Origin: an uncultured beta proteobacterium
GTDB lineage: Bacteria; Pseudomonadota; Gammaproteobacteria; Burkholderiales; Burkholderiaceae_C
Assembly (NCBI GenBank): GCA_903839085.1
Contig: CAIMBE010000126.1
Span: forward strand, 4,014-68,013
Length of the DNA: 64,000 nucleotides
Direction: 5' to 3'
The position numbers were made by a program, and so were the translations under genes. The notes under the pieces are model-generated. The model saw only the letters and a program-made list of their open reading frames with translations. It ran no database searches and was not told the DNA's origin. Positions 42,491 through 52,909 of the stretch are shown piece after piece (positions within the stretch are counted from its first letter, which is position 1; each line of letters starts with the position of its first letter).

Positions 42491-43918
42491 TCACTCCGGG
42501 CCAGGCTCTGCCTGGCCGTCATAGTCCTTCTCCATCGGAATCAGAATCTGTGCCTGGCTATCGGGCAAGGCCTCAACCTGCTTTAACGCCCGACCGACCG
42601 CGCGGCTGCGAATCTGGGCGCCATCGAGGGTCTTGAGCACGGTCTCGGTCTGGCTCTTGACCTTGGCCAGCACGTCGCCAAATTTACCAAATTCCGCCTT
42701 GACCGCACCGAGCACCTGCCATACTTCGCTCGAACGCTTCTCGAGCGCCAATGTGCGAAAGCCCATCTGCAGGGAACTGAGCATCGCCAGCAATGTGGTC
42801 GGACCGGCCAGGGTGATACGGTGCTCGCGCTGCAAGGCCTGCATCAAGCCGGGTCGTCGCAAGACCTCGGCGTACAGCCCCTCGGTCGGCAGGAACAGAA
42901 TGGCAAAGTCGGTGGTGTGCGGCGGCGCCACGTATTTCTCGCAAATGGAGCGCGCTTCGAGCCGGATGCGCAACTCAAGCGCCTTGCCCGCCGCCTCGAC
43001 CCCGGCCACGTCAGCATCGGCCTGGGCCTGCAGCAGGCGTTCGTAGTCTTCATTCGGAAATTTGGCATCGATCGGCAACCACAGCGGCTCGCCGTCCTCG
43101 GCCCGGCCCGGCAGTTTGATGGCGAAGTCCACCATGTTCTTGCTGCCAGGACGCGTCGCCACCTGCGCCGCATACTGGTCGGCCACCAAAACCTGCTCAA
43201 GGAGGGATGCCAGTTGCGCCTCGCCAAAAATTCCGCGGGTCTTCACGTTGGTCAGAAGATGCTTGAGGTCGCCCACGCCCTGCGCAAGCGCTTGCATCTC
43301 GCCCAGGCCCTTGTGCACCTGTTCCAGGCGCTCGGCAACCTGCTTGAAGCTTTCGCCAAGTCGCAGTTGCAGCGTCGTCTGCAGCTTTTCGTCAACCGTC
43401 GCGCGCATTTCGTCGAGCTTGGCGGCGTTGTTGACCTGCAGTTGTGTCAGTTGCGATTCCATCGTCTGGCGCACCTCGCTCATGCGCCGCGCATTCGACT
43501 CGCTCAGCGACTGCAACTGCAGCGTCAGGGTGTCTGACAGGCTCTTTTGCAGCAAGGCCAGCTGCTGACCAAACGCATCGATCTGGGCGTTCTGCGTGCG
43601 CGTCGCCTCTGCCCCCTGCTGCAGCAGCGACAGCTGAAACGTGGCGAGGTTCTGCATCATTTCCTGCCGCCCAATGCGGGCGGATTCGCTGATTTCACGC
43701 CGCAGTTCACGCTCGACCCGCTCGCTGCCGTCCTGCATCACGGCCCGCAGTTCATCCTTGCGCTGGTCGGCCGCCTGCATCGCCGCGCGCTCCGGACGAC
43801 CTCGCGCCACCCAAAAAAACAGGACCAGACCATTGAAGACCGCAAGCGCCAGCAGCAGCCACAGCAAGACATCATTCAAAGCAGTCACCTCCAGGCCCCT
43901 ATTGTTGTTCAAAACCAA
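42491..43918 (-). CDS. rmuC: DNA recombination protein RmuC
   Basis: An N-terminal TM and a long coiled-coil precede the RmuC nuclease-like C-terminal domain (DFAILFLPTEGLYAE). The start is ambiguous: the track start is a TTG, and a TTG at 43879 has GGAGG 8 nt upstream. Confidence 0.88.
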   Translation of the reverse strand: MVLNNNRGLEVTALNDVLLWLLLALAVFNGLVLFFWVARGRPERAAMQAADQRKDELRAVMQDGSERVERELRREISESARIGRQEMMQNLATFQLSLLQQGAEATRTQNAQIDAFGQQLALLQKSLSDTLTLQLQSLSESNARRMSEVRQTMESQLTQLQVNNAAKLDEMRATVDEKLQTTLQLRLGESFKQVAERLEQVHKGLGEMQALAQGVGDLKHLLTNVKTRGIFGEAQLASLLEQVLVADQYAAQVATRPGSKNMVDFAIKLPGRAEDGEPLWLPIDAKFPNEDYERLLQAQADADVAGVEAAGKALELRIRLEARSICEKYVAPPHTTDFAILFLPTEGLYAEVLRRPGLMQALQREHRITLAGPTTLLAMLSSLQMGFRTLALEKRSSEVWQVLGAVKAEFGKFGDVLAKVKSQTETVLKTLDGAQIRSRAVGRALKQVEALPDSQAQILIPMEKDYDGQAEPGPE

Positions 43919-43997
43919 AAGTGGCCGCCCGGCCGCGCCAGGGCATCATGGCGGACCGCGACGGGCAGCGGCCGGCCAATGGCAACGAAAGTGCTCG

Positions 43998-44024
43998 AAA
44001 AAAAAGACCTCGGAATCGAGGTCT
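43998..44024 (-). terminator. Rho-independent terminator after the TRAP binding-protein gene
   Basis: The minus strand reads AGACCTCG-ATTC-CGAGGTCT followed by seven T residues. It lies 26 nt downstream of the stop at 44050. Confidence 0.65.
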
Positions 44025-44049
44025 TTCCCGGGCTCGACAATCGGCCTGA

Positions 44050-45135
44050 TTACAGCTTCAGTGTCGACATGAAGGTATCGAAGCGACTTTCCGCAAAACG
44101 GAACCATGCCACCTGATCGCGCTGGAACGCGCGCAAATCGGCATAAATCTTTTTCCATTCGGGACTCTTGGCATCGTTTTCAGCGAACACCTCCATCGAG
44201 GCCTTGAAGGAGGCTTCCAGCACCGCTTGGGAGAACGGCAGGACCTTGGTTTTTGCCGCGATCAGTTGCTTCAGCGCGGTCGGGTTGAACGCGTCGTACT
44301 TGGCCAGCATGTCGGTGTTGGCGTGGGCCGCAGCCGCTTCCACGATCGCCTTGTTCTCACTCGACAGGGCGTCAAACGCCTTCTGGTTGATGAAGAAGTC
44401 GACCTCCGGACCACCCTCCCACCAGCCGGGATAGTAATAAAACGGAGCAACCTTGTTGAAACCAAGTTTCTGGTCGTCGTAAGGTCCGACCCACTCGGCC
44501 GCGTCGATCGTGCCTTTCTCCAGCGCCTGATAAATCTCCCCGCCCGGGATGCTCTGCGGCACCGCACCGAGCTTTTGCATCACTTCACCGATCAAACCGC
44601 CCCCGAGGCGCATCTTCATGCCCTTGAAATCGGCAATCGACTTGATCTCCTTGCGGAACCAGCCACCCATCTGGGTCCCGGTATTGCCGCCGGCGAAGCT
44701 GAGCATGCTGTAGTTGGCGTAAAACTCGTTCATGAGCTTGCGGCCATTGCCATGCAGCATCCAGGCGCTCATCTGGCGCGCATTGAGACCAAACGGAACA
44801 GCCGATCCCAGCGCGAAGGCCGGATTCTTGCCATAAAAATAGTAGGGCACCGTGTGGGACATCTCAACGGTGCCGTTCTGCACACCGTCGACCACGCCAA
44901 ACGGCGGCAACAACTCGCCGCCGGCATGGACGGAAATCTCGAACTTGCCGCCCGACATCGCCTTGACCGCCTTGGCAAATACCTCGCCGCCGCCATAGAT
45001 CGTGTCAAGCGACTTGGGGAAACTCGACGCCATGCGCCAGCGCACATTGGCCCCCTGCGCGTGCACGGCAGGCGCAGCGCCAGCGGCGAGAATGCTGGCG
45101 ATGCCAGCGTTTTTGATGACGGAACGGCGATCCAT
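44050..45135 (-). CDS. TRAP transporter substrate-binding protein (DctP superfamily, COG4663-like)
   Basis: Twin-arginine-type signal MDRRSVIKNAGIASILAAGAAPAVHA and SBP-like length and composition. There are no dctQ/dctM genes nearby. Confidence 0.88.
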   Translation of the reverse strand: MDRRSVIKNAGIASILAAGAAPAVHAQGANVRWRMASSFPKSLDTIYGGGEVFAKAVKAMSGGKFEISVHAGGELLPPFGVVDGVQNGTVEMSHTVPYYFYGKNPAFALGSAVPFGLNARQMSAWMLHGNGRKLMNEFYANYSMLSFAGGNTGTQMGGWFRKEIKSIADFKGMKMRLGGGLIGEVMQKLGAVPQSIPGGEIYQALEKGTIDAAEWVGPYDDQKLGFNKVAPFYYYPGWWEGGPEVDFFINQKAFDALSSENKAIVEAAAAHANTDMLAKYDAFNPTALKQLIAAKTKVLPFSQAVLEASFKASMEVFAENDAKSPEWKKIYADLRAFQRDQVAWFRFAESRFDTFMSTLKL

Positions 45136-45236
45136 GGAGTTCTCCTGAAGTTGTTGGTAAATGCCTAAAACTGGCTAATTATGCCAATAATCGCAGCGGG
45201 GAGCGAATCAAACCAAACTGAAGCACAAAACGCCAG

Positions 45237-47135
45237 TCAAGCAACGGCTTTCAGGTCAGGACGCCCGGTTTCCAGCAAGGCTGCAAATCGACTTCTGATC
45301 GATGACTCGATGCCCTTGGCGTCGAGCCCCTGCAAAGCCAGAAGCTTCGCGGTGTCCCCATGCTCGATGAATTCATCACGCAAGCCCAGTTGCATCAATG
45401 GCCTGACGATTCCCGCGGCGCACAGCGCTTCGCTGACCGCGCTGCCCGCTCCACCCATGACGGCGCCCTCCTCCACTGTGACAAGGGCCTGGTGCTCGCT
45501 GGCGATCCGCAACAGAAGTTCGGTGTCCAGCGGCTTGACCCACCGCATGTTGACCACCGTGACACCCAGCGCTGCCGCCGCTTCCAGCGCCGGATAGAGG
45601 AGCGTGCCAAAGGCCAGAATCGCCACCCCTTTGCCGGCACGCCTGACCTCCGCCAGACCAAACGGCAAGGCAGCGAGACCGGGCTGGACCGCAACGCCAA
45701 CGCCGGCGCCGCGCGGATAGCGCACAGCCACCGGATGATCCTGCTCGAAGGCACAGGACAAAAGCTGACGACACTCGTTCTCGTCGGCTGGACAGGCCAG
45801 ACTGACATTCGGAATGCAGCGCAGAAAGGCAATGTCGTAGGCGCCCGCATGGGTTGCGCCATCGGCGCCGACCAGGCCGGCCCGATCCAGCGCGAAGACA
45901 ACCGGCAAGTTCTGGATCGCGACATCGTGGATCAGCTGGTCGTAGGCTCGCTGCAGGAAGGTCGAATAGATCGCCACCACCGGTTTAAGGCCATCGCAGG
46001 CGAGGCCGGCGGCAAAGGTCACGGCATGCTGCTCGGCAATGCCGACATCAAAATAGCGCTCCGGAAAACGGGTTTCAAATTCGACCATGCCCGAGCCCTC
46101 GCGCATTGCGGGCGTGATGCCCACCAGCCGCGGGTCATGCGCCGCCATGTCGCACAGCCACTGGCCAAACACCTGCGTGAAGGTCAATTTGGGCGGTACG
46201 CTGGGCATTTGCAGGCCGATCGCCGGATCGAACTTGCCTGGGCCGTGATAGGCCACCGGGTCGGCCTCGGCCAGCTTGTAGCCCTGACCCTTCTTCGTCA
46301 CCACGTGCAGGAATTGGGGGCCCTTGAGGTGCTTGATGTTCTCCAGCGTGGGGATCAGGGACTCAAGGTCATGACCGTCGATCGGACCGATGTAATTGAA
46401 TCCAAACTTCTCGAACAAGGTGGCCGGCACGACCATGCCCTTGGCGTGTTCTTCAATCCGCTTGGCCAATTCGAACAGCGGCGGCGCGCCCTTGAGCACG
46501 GTCTTGCCGGCGTTCTTCGCGGCGGCGTAAAACTGCCCGCTCAAGAGCTTGGCCAGGTAGCGATTGAGCGCTCCCACCGGCGGGCTGATGCTCATGTCGT
46601 TGTCGTTCAGGATGACCAGCAGATTGGCATCGGCGACGCCGGCATTGTTGAGTGCCTCGAACGCCAGACCGGCCGTCAGCGCGCCATCGCCGATGACGGC
46701 AATCACGTGACGCTCCTCGCCCTTGATCTTGGCGGCCAGCGCCATTCCCAGCGCCGCAGAAATGGAGGTGCTGGAATGCGCCGTGCCAAAGTCGTCGTAT
46801 TCGCTCTCGGCTCTCTGCGGAAACCCGCTCAAGCCGCCGAACTGGCGCAACGAGTCCATGCGTTCGCGCCGCCCCGTCAGAATCTTGTGCGGATAGGTCT
46901 GATGGCCGACATCCCAGACAATGCGATCGTGGGGTGCGCTGAACACGTAGTGCAGGGCCACGGTCAGTTCGACCGTCCCCAGATTGGAGCTCAGGTGTCC
47001 GCCTGTTTTCGACACGCTGTCAAGCAGGTAAGCCCGCAATTCCGTTGCCAGCATTTCCAATTGGGCGCGCGGCAAACGCCGCAGATCCGCTGGGTCATTG
47101 ATCGTTTGCAGCAACGGATACAACTTGTTCGGCAT
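45237..47135 (-). CDS. dxs: 1-deoxy-D-xylulose-5-phosphate synthase
   Basis: N-terminus [14 protein letters not shown], the TPP motif [18 protein letters not shown], and a full-length match to the Dxs architecture. Confidence 0.98.
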   Translation of the reverse strand: MPNKLYPLLQTINDPADLRRLPRAQLEMLATELRAYLLDSVSKTGGHLSSNLGTVELTVALHYVFSAPHDRIVWDVGHQTYPHKILTGRRERMDSLRQFGGLSGFPQRAESEYDDFGTAHSSTSISAALGMALAAKIKGEERHVIAVIGDGALTAGLAFEALNNAGVADANLLVILNDNDMSISPPVGALNRYLAKLLSGQFYAAAKNAGKTVLKGAPPLFELAKRIEEHAKGMVVPATLFEKFGFNYIGPIDGHDLESLIPTLENIKHLKGPQFLHVVTKKGQGYKLAEADPVAYHGPGKFDPAIGLQMPSVPPKLTFTQVFGQWLCDMAAHDPRLVGITPAMREGSGMVEFETRFPERYFDVGIAEQHAVTFAAGLACDGLKPVVAIYSTFLQRAYDQLIHDVAIQNLPVVFALDRAGLVGADGATHAGAYDIAFLRCIPNVSLACPADENECRQLLSCAFEQDHPVAVRYPRGAGVGVAVQPGLAALPFGLAEVRRAGKGVAILAFGTLLYPALEAAAALGVTVVNMRWVKPLDTELLLRIASEHQALVTVEEGAVMGGAGSAVSEALCAAGIVRPLMQLGLRDEFIEHGDTAKLLALQGLDAKGIESSIRSRFAALLETGRPDLKAVA

Positions 47136-47162
47136 AGGTGATGTGTATTTTCTTGCTTTGTT

Positions 47163-48119
47163 TCAGCTTGTGCGGTTTACCACCATGTTAGCCAATCCCT
47201 GCAGCGCGCAGGTATTGCGCAGGCCGCTTTGCGCCAGCGCGCCCAGCGCCTGGCCCAGCAGTTCCTGCGCGTAACTCGACGAACGCTCCAGACCGAGCAC
47301 CGAGACATAGGTCGGCTTGTGCTGGCTGGCATCCTTGCCAGCCGTTTTTCCCAAGGTGGCAGAGTCTGCCGTTACGTCAAGAATATCATCGACCACCTGA
47401 AAAGCCAGACCGATCGCGGCGCCATAACCTTCGAGCCCAACCAAGGCGGTCGCGTCCACCCTGCCAAAAACCGCACCCATCATGACACTGGCCTGCAACA
47501 GGGCGCCGGTCTTCAGGCGATGCATTTCACGCAACTGACTCTCGGACAAGCTGGCGCCAACGCTGGCCAGGTCGATGGCCTGCCCGCCGGCCATGCCGGC
47601 GCTTCCGGCGGCGCGCGCCAGCAGCCGACACAAGCTGGCCTGCTGCCCCTCGGGCATTGTGCTTTCCGGCGTCAGCAGCTCAAAAGCCAGCGCCTGAAGC
47701 GCATCGCCCGCCAGCAGCGCCTGCGCTTCGCCAAATTTCACGTGCACCGTCGGCTTTCCGCGGCGCATCACATCGTTGTCCATGCAAGGCATGTCATCGT
47801 GGACCAGTGAGTAGGCGTGAATCAGTTCCACCGCACAGGCCGCCCGCAGAACAGCATCCTGCCCGGCATCGACGGGACCCTCAACTTCAGCCGTGACCGA
47901 CTCGCACGCCGCCATCACCAACAAGGGGCGCAAGCGCTTGCCGCCATCGAGCACCGCGTAGCGCATGGCCTCGATCAGCTCAGCCGGCGCGCCGTGACCC
48001 ACATTGACCGGCGAACTTGCGCTGACCCAGCGTTCCAGCGCAAGCTCGACACTTTCCAGGTGCCTGGCACTCCAGCTGGCGATGTCGAAAGCGCTGGCAG
48101 TTTTCACTCGGCGGTCCAT
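47163..48119 (-). CDS. ispA: farnesyl diphosphate synthase (polyprenyl synthetase)
   Basis: First Asp-rich motif [11 protein letters not shown] and second FQVVDDILD are present. It sits in the classic xseB-ispA-dxs order. Confidence 0.95.
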   Translation of the reverse strand: MDRRVKTASAFDIASWSARHLESVELALERWVSASSPVNVGHGAPAELIEAMRYAVLDGGKRLRPLLVMAACESVTAEVEGPVDAGQDAVLRAACAVELIHAYSLVHDDMPCMDNDVMRRGKPTVHVKFGEAQALLAGDALQALAFELLTPESTMPEGQQASLCRLLARAAGSAGMAGGQAIDLASVGASLSESQLREMHRLKTGALLQASVMMGAVFGRVDATALVGLEGYGAAIGLAFQVVDDILDVTADSATLGKTAGKDASQHKPTYVSVLGLERSSSYAQELLGQALGALAQSGLRNTCALQGLANMVVNRTS

Positions 48120-48340
48120 GTCTTGAGCGCCCCCTGGTCAAGCACCTTGATCTGCCCATCCACCGCCTCCAGCCGTTCGCGGCAATACTTCAGCAGTTCG
48201 GCGCCACGCTGGTACTGCGTGAGAAGTTGTTCCAGCGGCAGCGCTCCCGACTCCAGCCGGGCCAGCAACTGCTCGAGTTCAGCCAGAGCGCCTTCAAAAG
48301 TGGGGGGCTTGGACAGACCGTGATGCGAAGCAGGTGGCAT
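48104..48340 (-). CDS. xseB: exodeoxyribonuclease VII small subunit
   Basis: A 78-aa helical protein with [24 protein letters not shown]. It overlaps the ispA start by 16 nt. Confidence 0.93.
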   Translation of the reverse strand: MPPASHHGLSKPPTFEGALAELEQLLARLESGALPLEQLLTQYQRGAELLKYCRERLEAVDGQIKVLDQGALKTWTAE

Positions 48341-48574
48341 GAGGCAGAATATCTTGTGGCGTAATTGGCGCGATTTTAGGCGTTAGCGCCGCGAATATCT
48401 CGGATCTGCAGATTGCCATGCACAAGATTGAGGCCATCGCACTAAACTGCAACGCATCCCTCGCGCGACGACCCGACGCGTACAATGCATGCTCCTCTCG
48501 CCAGCGCTGGCGGGTTCTTTTTGTAACGCGCAATGGCGCATCTCCCTGTGGGGAGTCTTTAGGTCAGGACACCG

Positions 48575-49711
48575 ATGTCTGATTTAAGTCTTCAACTGCA
48601 GCAGGCCACCGGCCAACTACCAGTTTCGAGCTATTTTGATGAAGGCCTGTACAGGCGTGAATTGGAAACAATTTTCAAACTCGGGCCGCGCTACGTCGGC
48701 CACAGTTTGAGCGTGCCCGGCGCGGGCGACTACGCCACCCTGGCGCAGGAGGGCGAGGGTCGCGCCCTGGTGCGCGGCAGCAAGGGCGTTGAACTGGTCT
48801 CCAATGTCTGCCGCCATCGGCAGGCCGTGATTCTCAAGGGACGGGGCTCGCTCGACACCACGCATCCGGGTGCGGCGGCCGGCAACATCGTCTGCCCGCT
48901 GCATCGCTGGACCTACAGTGGCAGCGGCCCGCAGCCCATGGGCACCCTGCTGGGCGCGCCGCATTTTACGCACGACCCCTGCCTGAACCTCAACAACTAC
49001 AAGTTGCGTGACTGGAACGGTCTGCTGTTTGAAGACAATGGGCGGGACATCGATGCCGATCTGGCCGGCATGGGCCCGCGGGCCGACCTGGACTTCAGCG
49101 GATTTGTGCTCGACCGCGTGGAACTACACGAGTGCAACTACAACTGGAAGACCTTCATCGAGGTCTATCTTGAAGACTACCATGTCGGCCCCTTCCACCC
49201 GGGATTGGGCAGCGTCGTGACCTGCGATGACCTGAGCTGGGAATTCAAGAAGAACTATTCGGTGCAGACCGTCGGCGCTGCCGTGCAAAGCGGGCGCGCC
49301 GGCACGCCGGTCTATCAGAGATGGCAGGATGCGCTGCACGCCTACCGCAAGGGGCAGCCCGCCAAGTATGGCGCGATCTGGCTGACCTACTATCCGCACA
49401 TCATGGTCGAGTGGTACCCGCACGTGCTTACCGTCTCCACGCTGCATCCCAGAGGTGTGGGCAAGACCCTGAACATGGTCGAGTTCTATTACCCGGAAGA
49501 GATCCAGGCCTTCGAGCGTGAATTCGTCCAGGCGCAGCAAGCGGCCTACATGGAAACCTGCATCGAGGACGATGAGATCGGCGAGCGCATGGACGCCGGG
49601 CGTCGGGCGCTGCTCGAGCGCGGCGACGACGAAGTGGGGCCCTACCAGAGCCCGATGGAGGACGGCATGCAGCACTTTCACGATTGGTACCGCGGGCAGA
49701 TTCAGTGCTGA
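48575..49711 (+). CDS. Rieske [2Fe-2S] aromatic-ring-hydroxylating oxygenase alpha-subunit-like protein
   Basis: Rieske motif CRHRQ ... CPLHRW, followed by an SRPBCC-type catalytic domain with EDYHVGPFHP. Confidence 0.88.
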   Translation: MSDLSLQLQQATGQLPVSSYFDEGLYRRELETIFKLGPRYVGHSLSVPGAGDYATLAQEGEGRALVRGSKGVELVSNVCRHRQAVILKGRGSLDTTHPGAAAGNIVCPLHRWTYSGSGPQPMGTLLGAPHFTHDPCLNLNNYKLRDWNGLLFEDNGRDIDADLAGMGPRADLDFSGFVLDRVELHECNYNWKTFIEVYLEDYHVGPFHPGLGSVVTCDDLSWEFKKNYSVQTVGAAVQSGRAGTPVYQRWQDALHAYRKGQPAKYGAIWLTYYPHIMVEWYPHVLTVSTLHPRGVGKTLNMVEFYYPEEIQAFEREFVQAQQAAYMETCIEDDEIGERMDAGRRALLERGDDEVGPYQSPMEDGMQHFHDWYRGQIQC

Positions 49712-49715
49712 GCCC

Positions 49716-50603
49716 ATGCAAGCGCTATGGATGATCCTGGGGTCCTTCTTTTTTGCCACCATGGCGGTGGGGATCAAGATTGCCTCGCGCGAATTCGGCA
49801 CTTTTGAGCTGGTTTTTTATCGCGGCGTTGTCAGCGTGATTTTCATCGCGCTGGTGTTGCGTTCGCGCGGCATGTCGCTCAAGACCCCGGTGCCGATGAT
49901 GCACGCCTGGCGCAGCGTGGTCGGGGTGCTGTCGCTGGCGGCCTGGTTTTACGCCATTGCCCATTTGCCTCTGGCGACCGCGATGACGCTGAACTACATG
50001 AGCGGCGTCTGGGTCGCGGCCTTCATTGTCGGCGGCGCCGTGCTCTATGGCAGTACCGAACGCCAGGGGCCGCTGATGGCCACGGTGCTCGGCGGTTTTG
50101 GCGGCGTTGTGATGCTGTTGCGCCCGACGCTGGAACAGAACCAGCTGTTCGCCGGCCTGATCGGCCTGCTCTCGGGCATCGGCGCGGCCCTGGCCTACAT
50201 GCAGGTCACCGCGCTCGGCAAGGCGGGCGAGCCCGACGGACGCACGGTGTTCTATTTTTCGCTCGGCTCGGCCCTCGCCGGCTTGCTGGGCATCGCCTTC
50301 AGCGGGCTGACGTCCTGGGCCTCGGTGAGCTGGCAGTCGGTCGCCTGGCTGGTGCCGATCGGCATTCTGGCTTCGCTGGGCCAATGGTGCATGACCCGCG
50401 CCTACAGCCGGGGCTCGACCCTGCTGGTGGCCAACCTGCAGTACTCGGGCATCGTCTTCTCGGCCTTTTACAGCCTGCTCCTGTTTGGCGACAGCGTGCC
50501 GCTGATCGGCTGGGCCGGCATCGCGCTGATTGTGGCCAGCGGTCTGACCGCCACCGTGCTGCGCACGCGCATCCTGCCCGACACGCCGGCAGAAGTACAC
50601 TAA
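49716..50603 (+). CDS. DMT-superfamily (EamA-like) transporter
   Basis: A ten-helix hydrophobic protein. The track ORF (49518) is trimmed by 66 codons to ATG 49716 (MQALWMILGSFFFATMAV), 5 nt after the Rieske stop. Confidence 0.85.
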   Translation: MQALWMILGSFFFATMAVGIKIASREFGTFELVFYRGVVSVIFIALVLRSRGMSLKTPVPMMHAWRSVVGVLSLAAWFYAIAHLPLATAMTLNYMSGVWVAAFIVGGAVLYGSTERQGPLMATVLGGFGGVVMLLRPTLEQNQLFAGLIGLLSGIGAALAYMQVTALGKAGEPDGRTVFYFSLGSALAGLLGIAFSGLTSWASVSWQSVAWLVPIGILASLGQWCMTRAYSRGSTLLVANLQYSGIVFSAFYSLLLFGDSVPLIGWAGIALIVASGLTATVLRTRILPDTPAEVH

Positions 50604-50644
50604 CGCGCTTACTGTCAAAGGCCTCCGGCAAGAAAGTTCATCGC

Positions 50645-51505
50645 ATGTATACAACCCTGATCTCAGCGCAACAACTCCGCGGCCTGCAAGACGCCGGTGC
50701 GCCCTGCATGGTGTTTGATTGCAGTTTTGAGCTGATGCAGGCTGGCGCCGGCGATCAGCAGTACGAGCAGTCGCACATCCCCGGCGCCGTGCGGGCCGAT
50801 CTGGAGCGCCACCTGAGCGCCGCCAAAACGGCAAGCGACGCGGCATCGGGCGGGCGTCATCCCCTGCCCTCGCGCGAATCGTTTGCGGCCTGGCTTGGCA
50901 GCATCGGCTTTGGCAACCACATGCAGGCCGTTGCCTATGACCGCCAGGGCGCCGTTTACGGCGGCCGCCTGTGGTGGATGCTGAAGTGGGTGGGCCACGA
51001 AAACGTGGCCGTGCTCGACGGCGGTCTGCCGGTCTGGTTGGCCAGCGGCGGCGCGGTGGAAAGCGGCCTGTCCGGTGCGCTCGGTACTACCCGTTTTGCG
51101 CTCAGCGAGCCCAGGACCGCCCTGGTGACCACCGACACCGTGGCCCGTAATCTGGGGCGCCCGCAGCAAAGCCTGATCGATGCGCGCGGCGCACCCCGTT
51201 TCAAGGGTGAGGTGGAACCGCTGGACCCGGTCGCCGGACACATCCCCGGCGCGCTGAACCGCCCGTTCAGCCTGAACTTCGACGCGTCAGGCAGGTTCAA
51301 GCCGGCGTCCGAGTTGAAGGCCGAATTTGCATCACTGCTGGCCCTGCGCGACCCGGCCACAGTGGTCCACCACTGCGGCAGCGGCGTCAGCGCCGTGCCC
51401 AATATCATCGCCATGGAACTGGCCGGCCTGGGGCGCACTGCCCTCTATGCCGGCAGTTGGAGCGAGTGGTGCAGCGACCCTGCGCGCCCGGTGGCACAAG
51501 GTTAA
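50645..51505 (+). CDS. sseA: 3-mercaptopyruvate/thiosulfate sulfurtransferase (tandem rhodanese)
   Basis: Two rhodanese domains with the active-site loop HCGSGVSA. The track ORF (50384) is trimmed by 87 codons to ATG 50645. Confidence 0.88.
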   Translation: MYTTLISAQQLRGLQDAGAPCMVFDCSFELMQAGAGDQQYEQSHIPGAVRADLERHLSAAKTASDAASGGRHPLPSRESFAAWLGSIGFGNHMQAVAYDRQGAVYGGRLWWMLKWVGHENVAVLDGGLPVWLASGGAVESGLSGALGTTRFALSEPRTALVTTDTVARNLGRPQQSLIDARGAPRFKGEVEPLDPVAGHIPGALNRPFSLNFDASGRFKPASELKAEFASLLALRDPATVVHHCGSGVSAVPNIIAMELAGLGRTALYAGSWSEWCSDPARPVAQG

Positions 51506-52797
51506 ACAGTGCCAAATTTGGTATCGAACTGGATACCAATCTTCTGGAGCAGCGGCGTGGGGAGCAAGCCACCGGCACAGACAATGACGGCATCGTTGCG
51601 GTACTGCTGCGTCTTGCCATCAAATTCAATCTCAACCTGCTTGTCGTGAATCTGCTTCACTTTTGAATTGAGCATGACCCGCAAACGCCCAGCCAACTGC
51701 TGCTGCTCCAGCAGCGCGCGGTTCTTCTGCTTCACGCGCGAAAACGCGGCGCTACGATATGACAGGATGACATCCGTTTTGTCCTGTTGCGACAGGGCGA
51801 TGGCAGCTTCGAGCGCGCTGTCGCCGCCACCGACCACCAGTACCGCCTGGCCCTTGAATTGGGCCGGATCGACCAGCCGGTACATCACCTTGGGTGCCTC
51901 TTCACCCGGCACATCGAGTTTGCGCGGTGTGCCGCGCCGCCCCATGGACAGCAACACGGCGCGCGCGGTGTAACTGCCCTTGTTGGTGTTCACGCGAAAC
52001 ACCTCGCCGGTCTTTTCAATCAATTCCATGCGTTCATGAAAGCTGATTTCCAGCCCCGTCTTTTTAACCACGTCCTGCCAGAATTCGAGCAATTTTTCCT
52101 TCTGCACTTCGGCAAATTGCATTTTGCCGATGATGGCCAGTTCCACCGGCGCCGTCATGGCGATTTTCTGCCGTGGATAGTGGTAGACCGAGCCACCCAG
52201 CGAGTCCTCCTGCTCCACGATCTTGTAGCGCAACTTGTGTTCGATGGCCGACAGCCCCGCCGAAATGCCGGCCGGTCCGCAACCGACAATCAGCACATCG
52301 AAGTCCGCGCTCGCGCTACCCGACTTCGTCTTGCGGATCGCGTTCATCGCCTGGCGCCCCTGCTCGGCCGCCTTGCGAATCAGGCCCATGCCACCCAATT
52401 CTCCGGCGATGAAGATGCCGGGCACATTGGTCTCAAAGTTCTGACTGATATTGGGAATGTCGATGCCGCGCTTTTCGGTTCCGAACACCAGCTTGATGGC
52501 TTCAACCGGACAGGCATCGAGACAAGCCCCATGCCCGATGCAATGCGCCGCGTTGATCAGGACCGCCTTGCCGTTGACGACGCCCAGCGCGCTCTCGGGA
52601 CAGGCCTTGGTGCAGGCGCCTGAACCCATGCAGCGTGCCAAGTCAACTACCGGGTGCAGGGACGGCGGCTCCGCCAGGCCGCTCTCGATCGACTCGTGCA
52701 ATTGATGGGTGTGCGCCGTGTTGATGCGGCGGTGGCGCCGCAGGTAAAAGGCCAGGATCAAGCCGATAGCCAGCAAATACAGATACAGGTAATTCAT
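51502..52797 (-). CDS. membrane-anchored NAD(P)/FAD-dependent oxidoreductase with an N-terminal ferredoxin-like Fe-S domain
   Basis: N-terminal TM MNYLYLYLLAIGLILAFYLRRHRR. Two ferredoxin-like motifs CMGSGACTKACP and CIGHGACLDACP follow. Dinucleotide motifs are DVLIVGCGPAG and VLVVGGGDSALE. Start trimmed to ATG 52797. Confidence 0.85.
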   Translation of the reverse strand: MNYLYLYLLAIGLILAFYLRRHRRINTAHTHQLHESIESGLAEPPSLHPVVDLARCMGSGACTKACPESALGVVNGKAVLINAAHCIGHGACLDACPVEAIKLVFGTEKRGIDIPNISQNFETNVPGIFIAGELGGMGLIRKAAEQGRQAMNAIRKTKSGSASADFDVLIVGCGPAGISAGLSAIEHKLRYKIVEQEDSLGGSVYHYPRQKIAMTAPVELAIIGKMQFAEVQKEKLLEFWQDVVKKTGLEISFHERMELIEKTGEVFRVNTNKGSYTARAVLLSMGRRGTPRKLDVPGEEAPKVMYRLVDPAQFKGQAVLVVGGGDSALEAAIALSQQDKTDVILSYRSAAFSRVKQKNRALLEQQQLAGRLRVMLNSKVKQIHDKQVEIEFDGKTQQYRNDAVIVCAGGLLPTPLLQKIGIQFDTKFGTV

Positions 52798-52909
52798 GGG
52801 CTCACAGACAAAGCAAATAGCACCCACGGTGCCACAGCCCTAACCTTACACTGATTTTCTTACCATTTGGAAATCGAAGCTCGCGCCTGATCTGTCCCGA
52901 CTCTGCGAC

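Noticed and set aside
51502-51505. Convergent rhodanese and flavoprotein genes share overlapping stop codons within the palindrome TTAA, leaving no room for terminators.
   Set aside because: This is real but probably trivial tight packing, and no structure or motif is associated with it.
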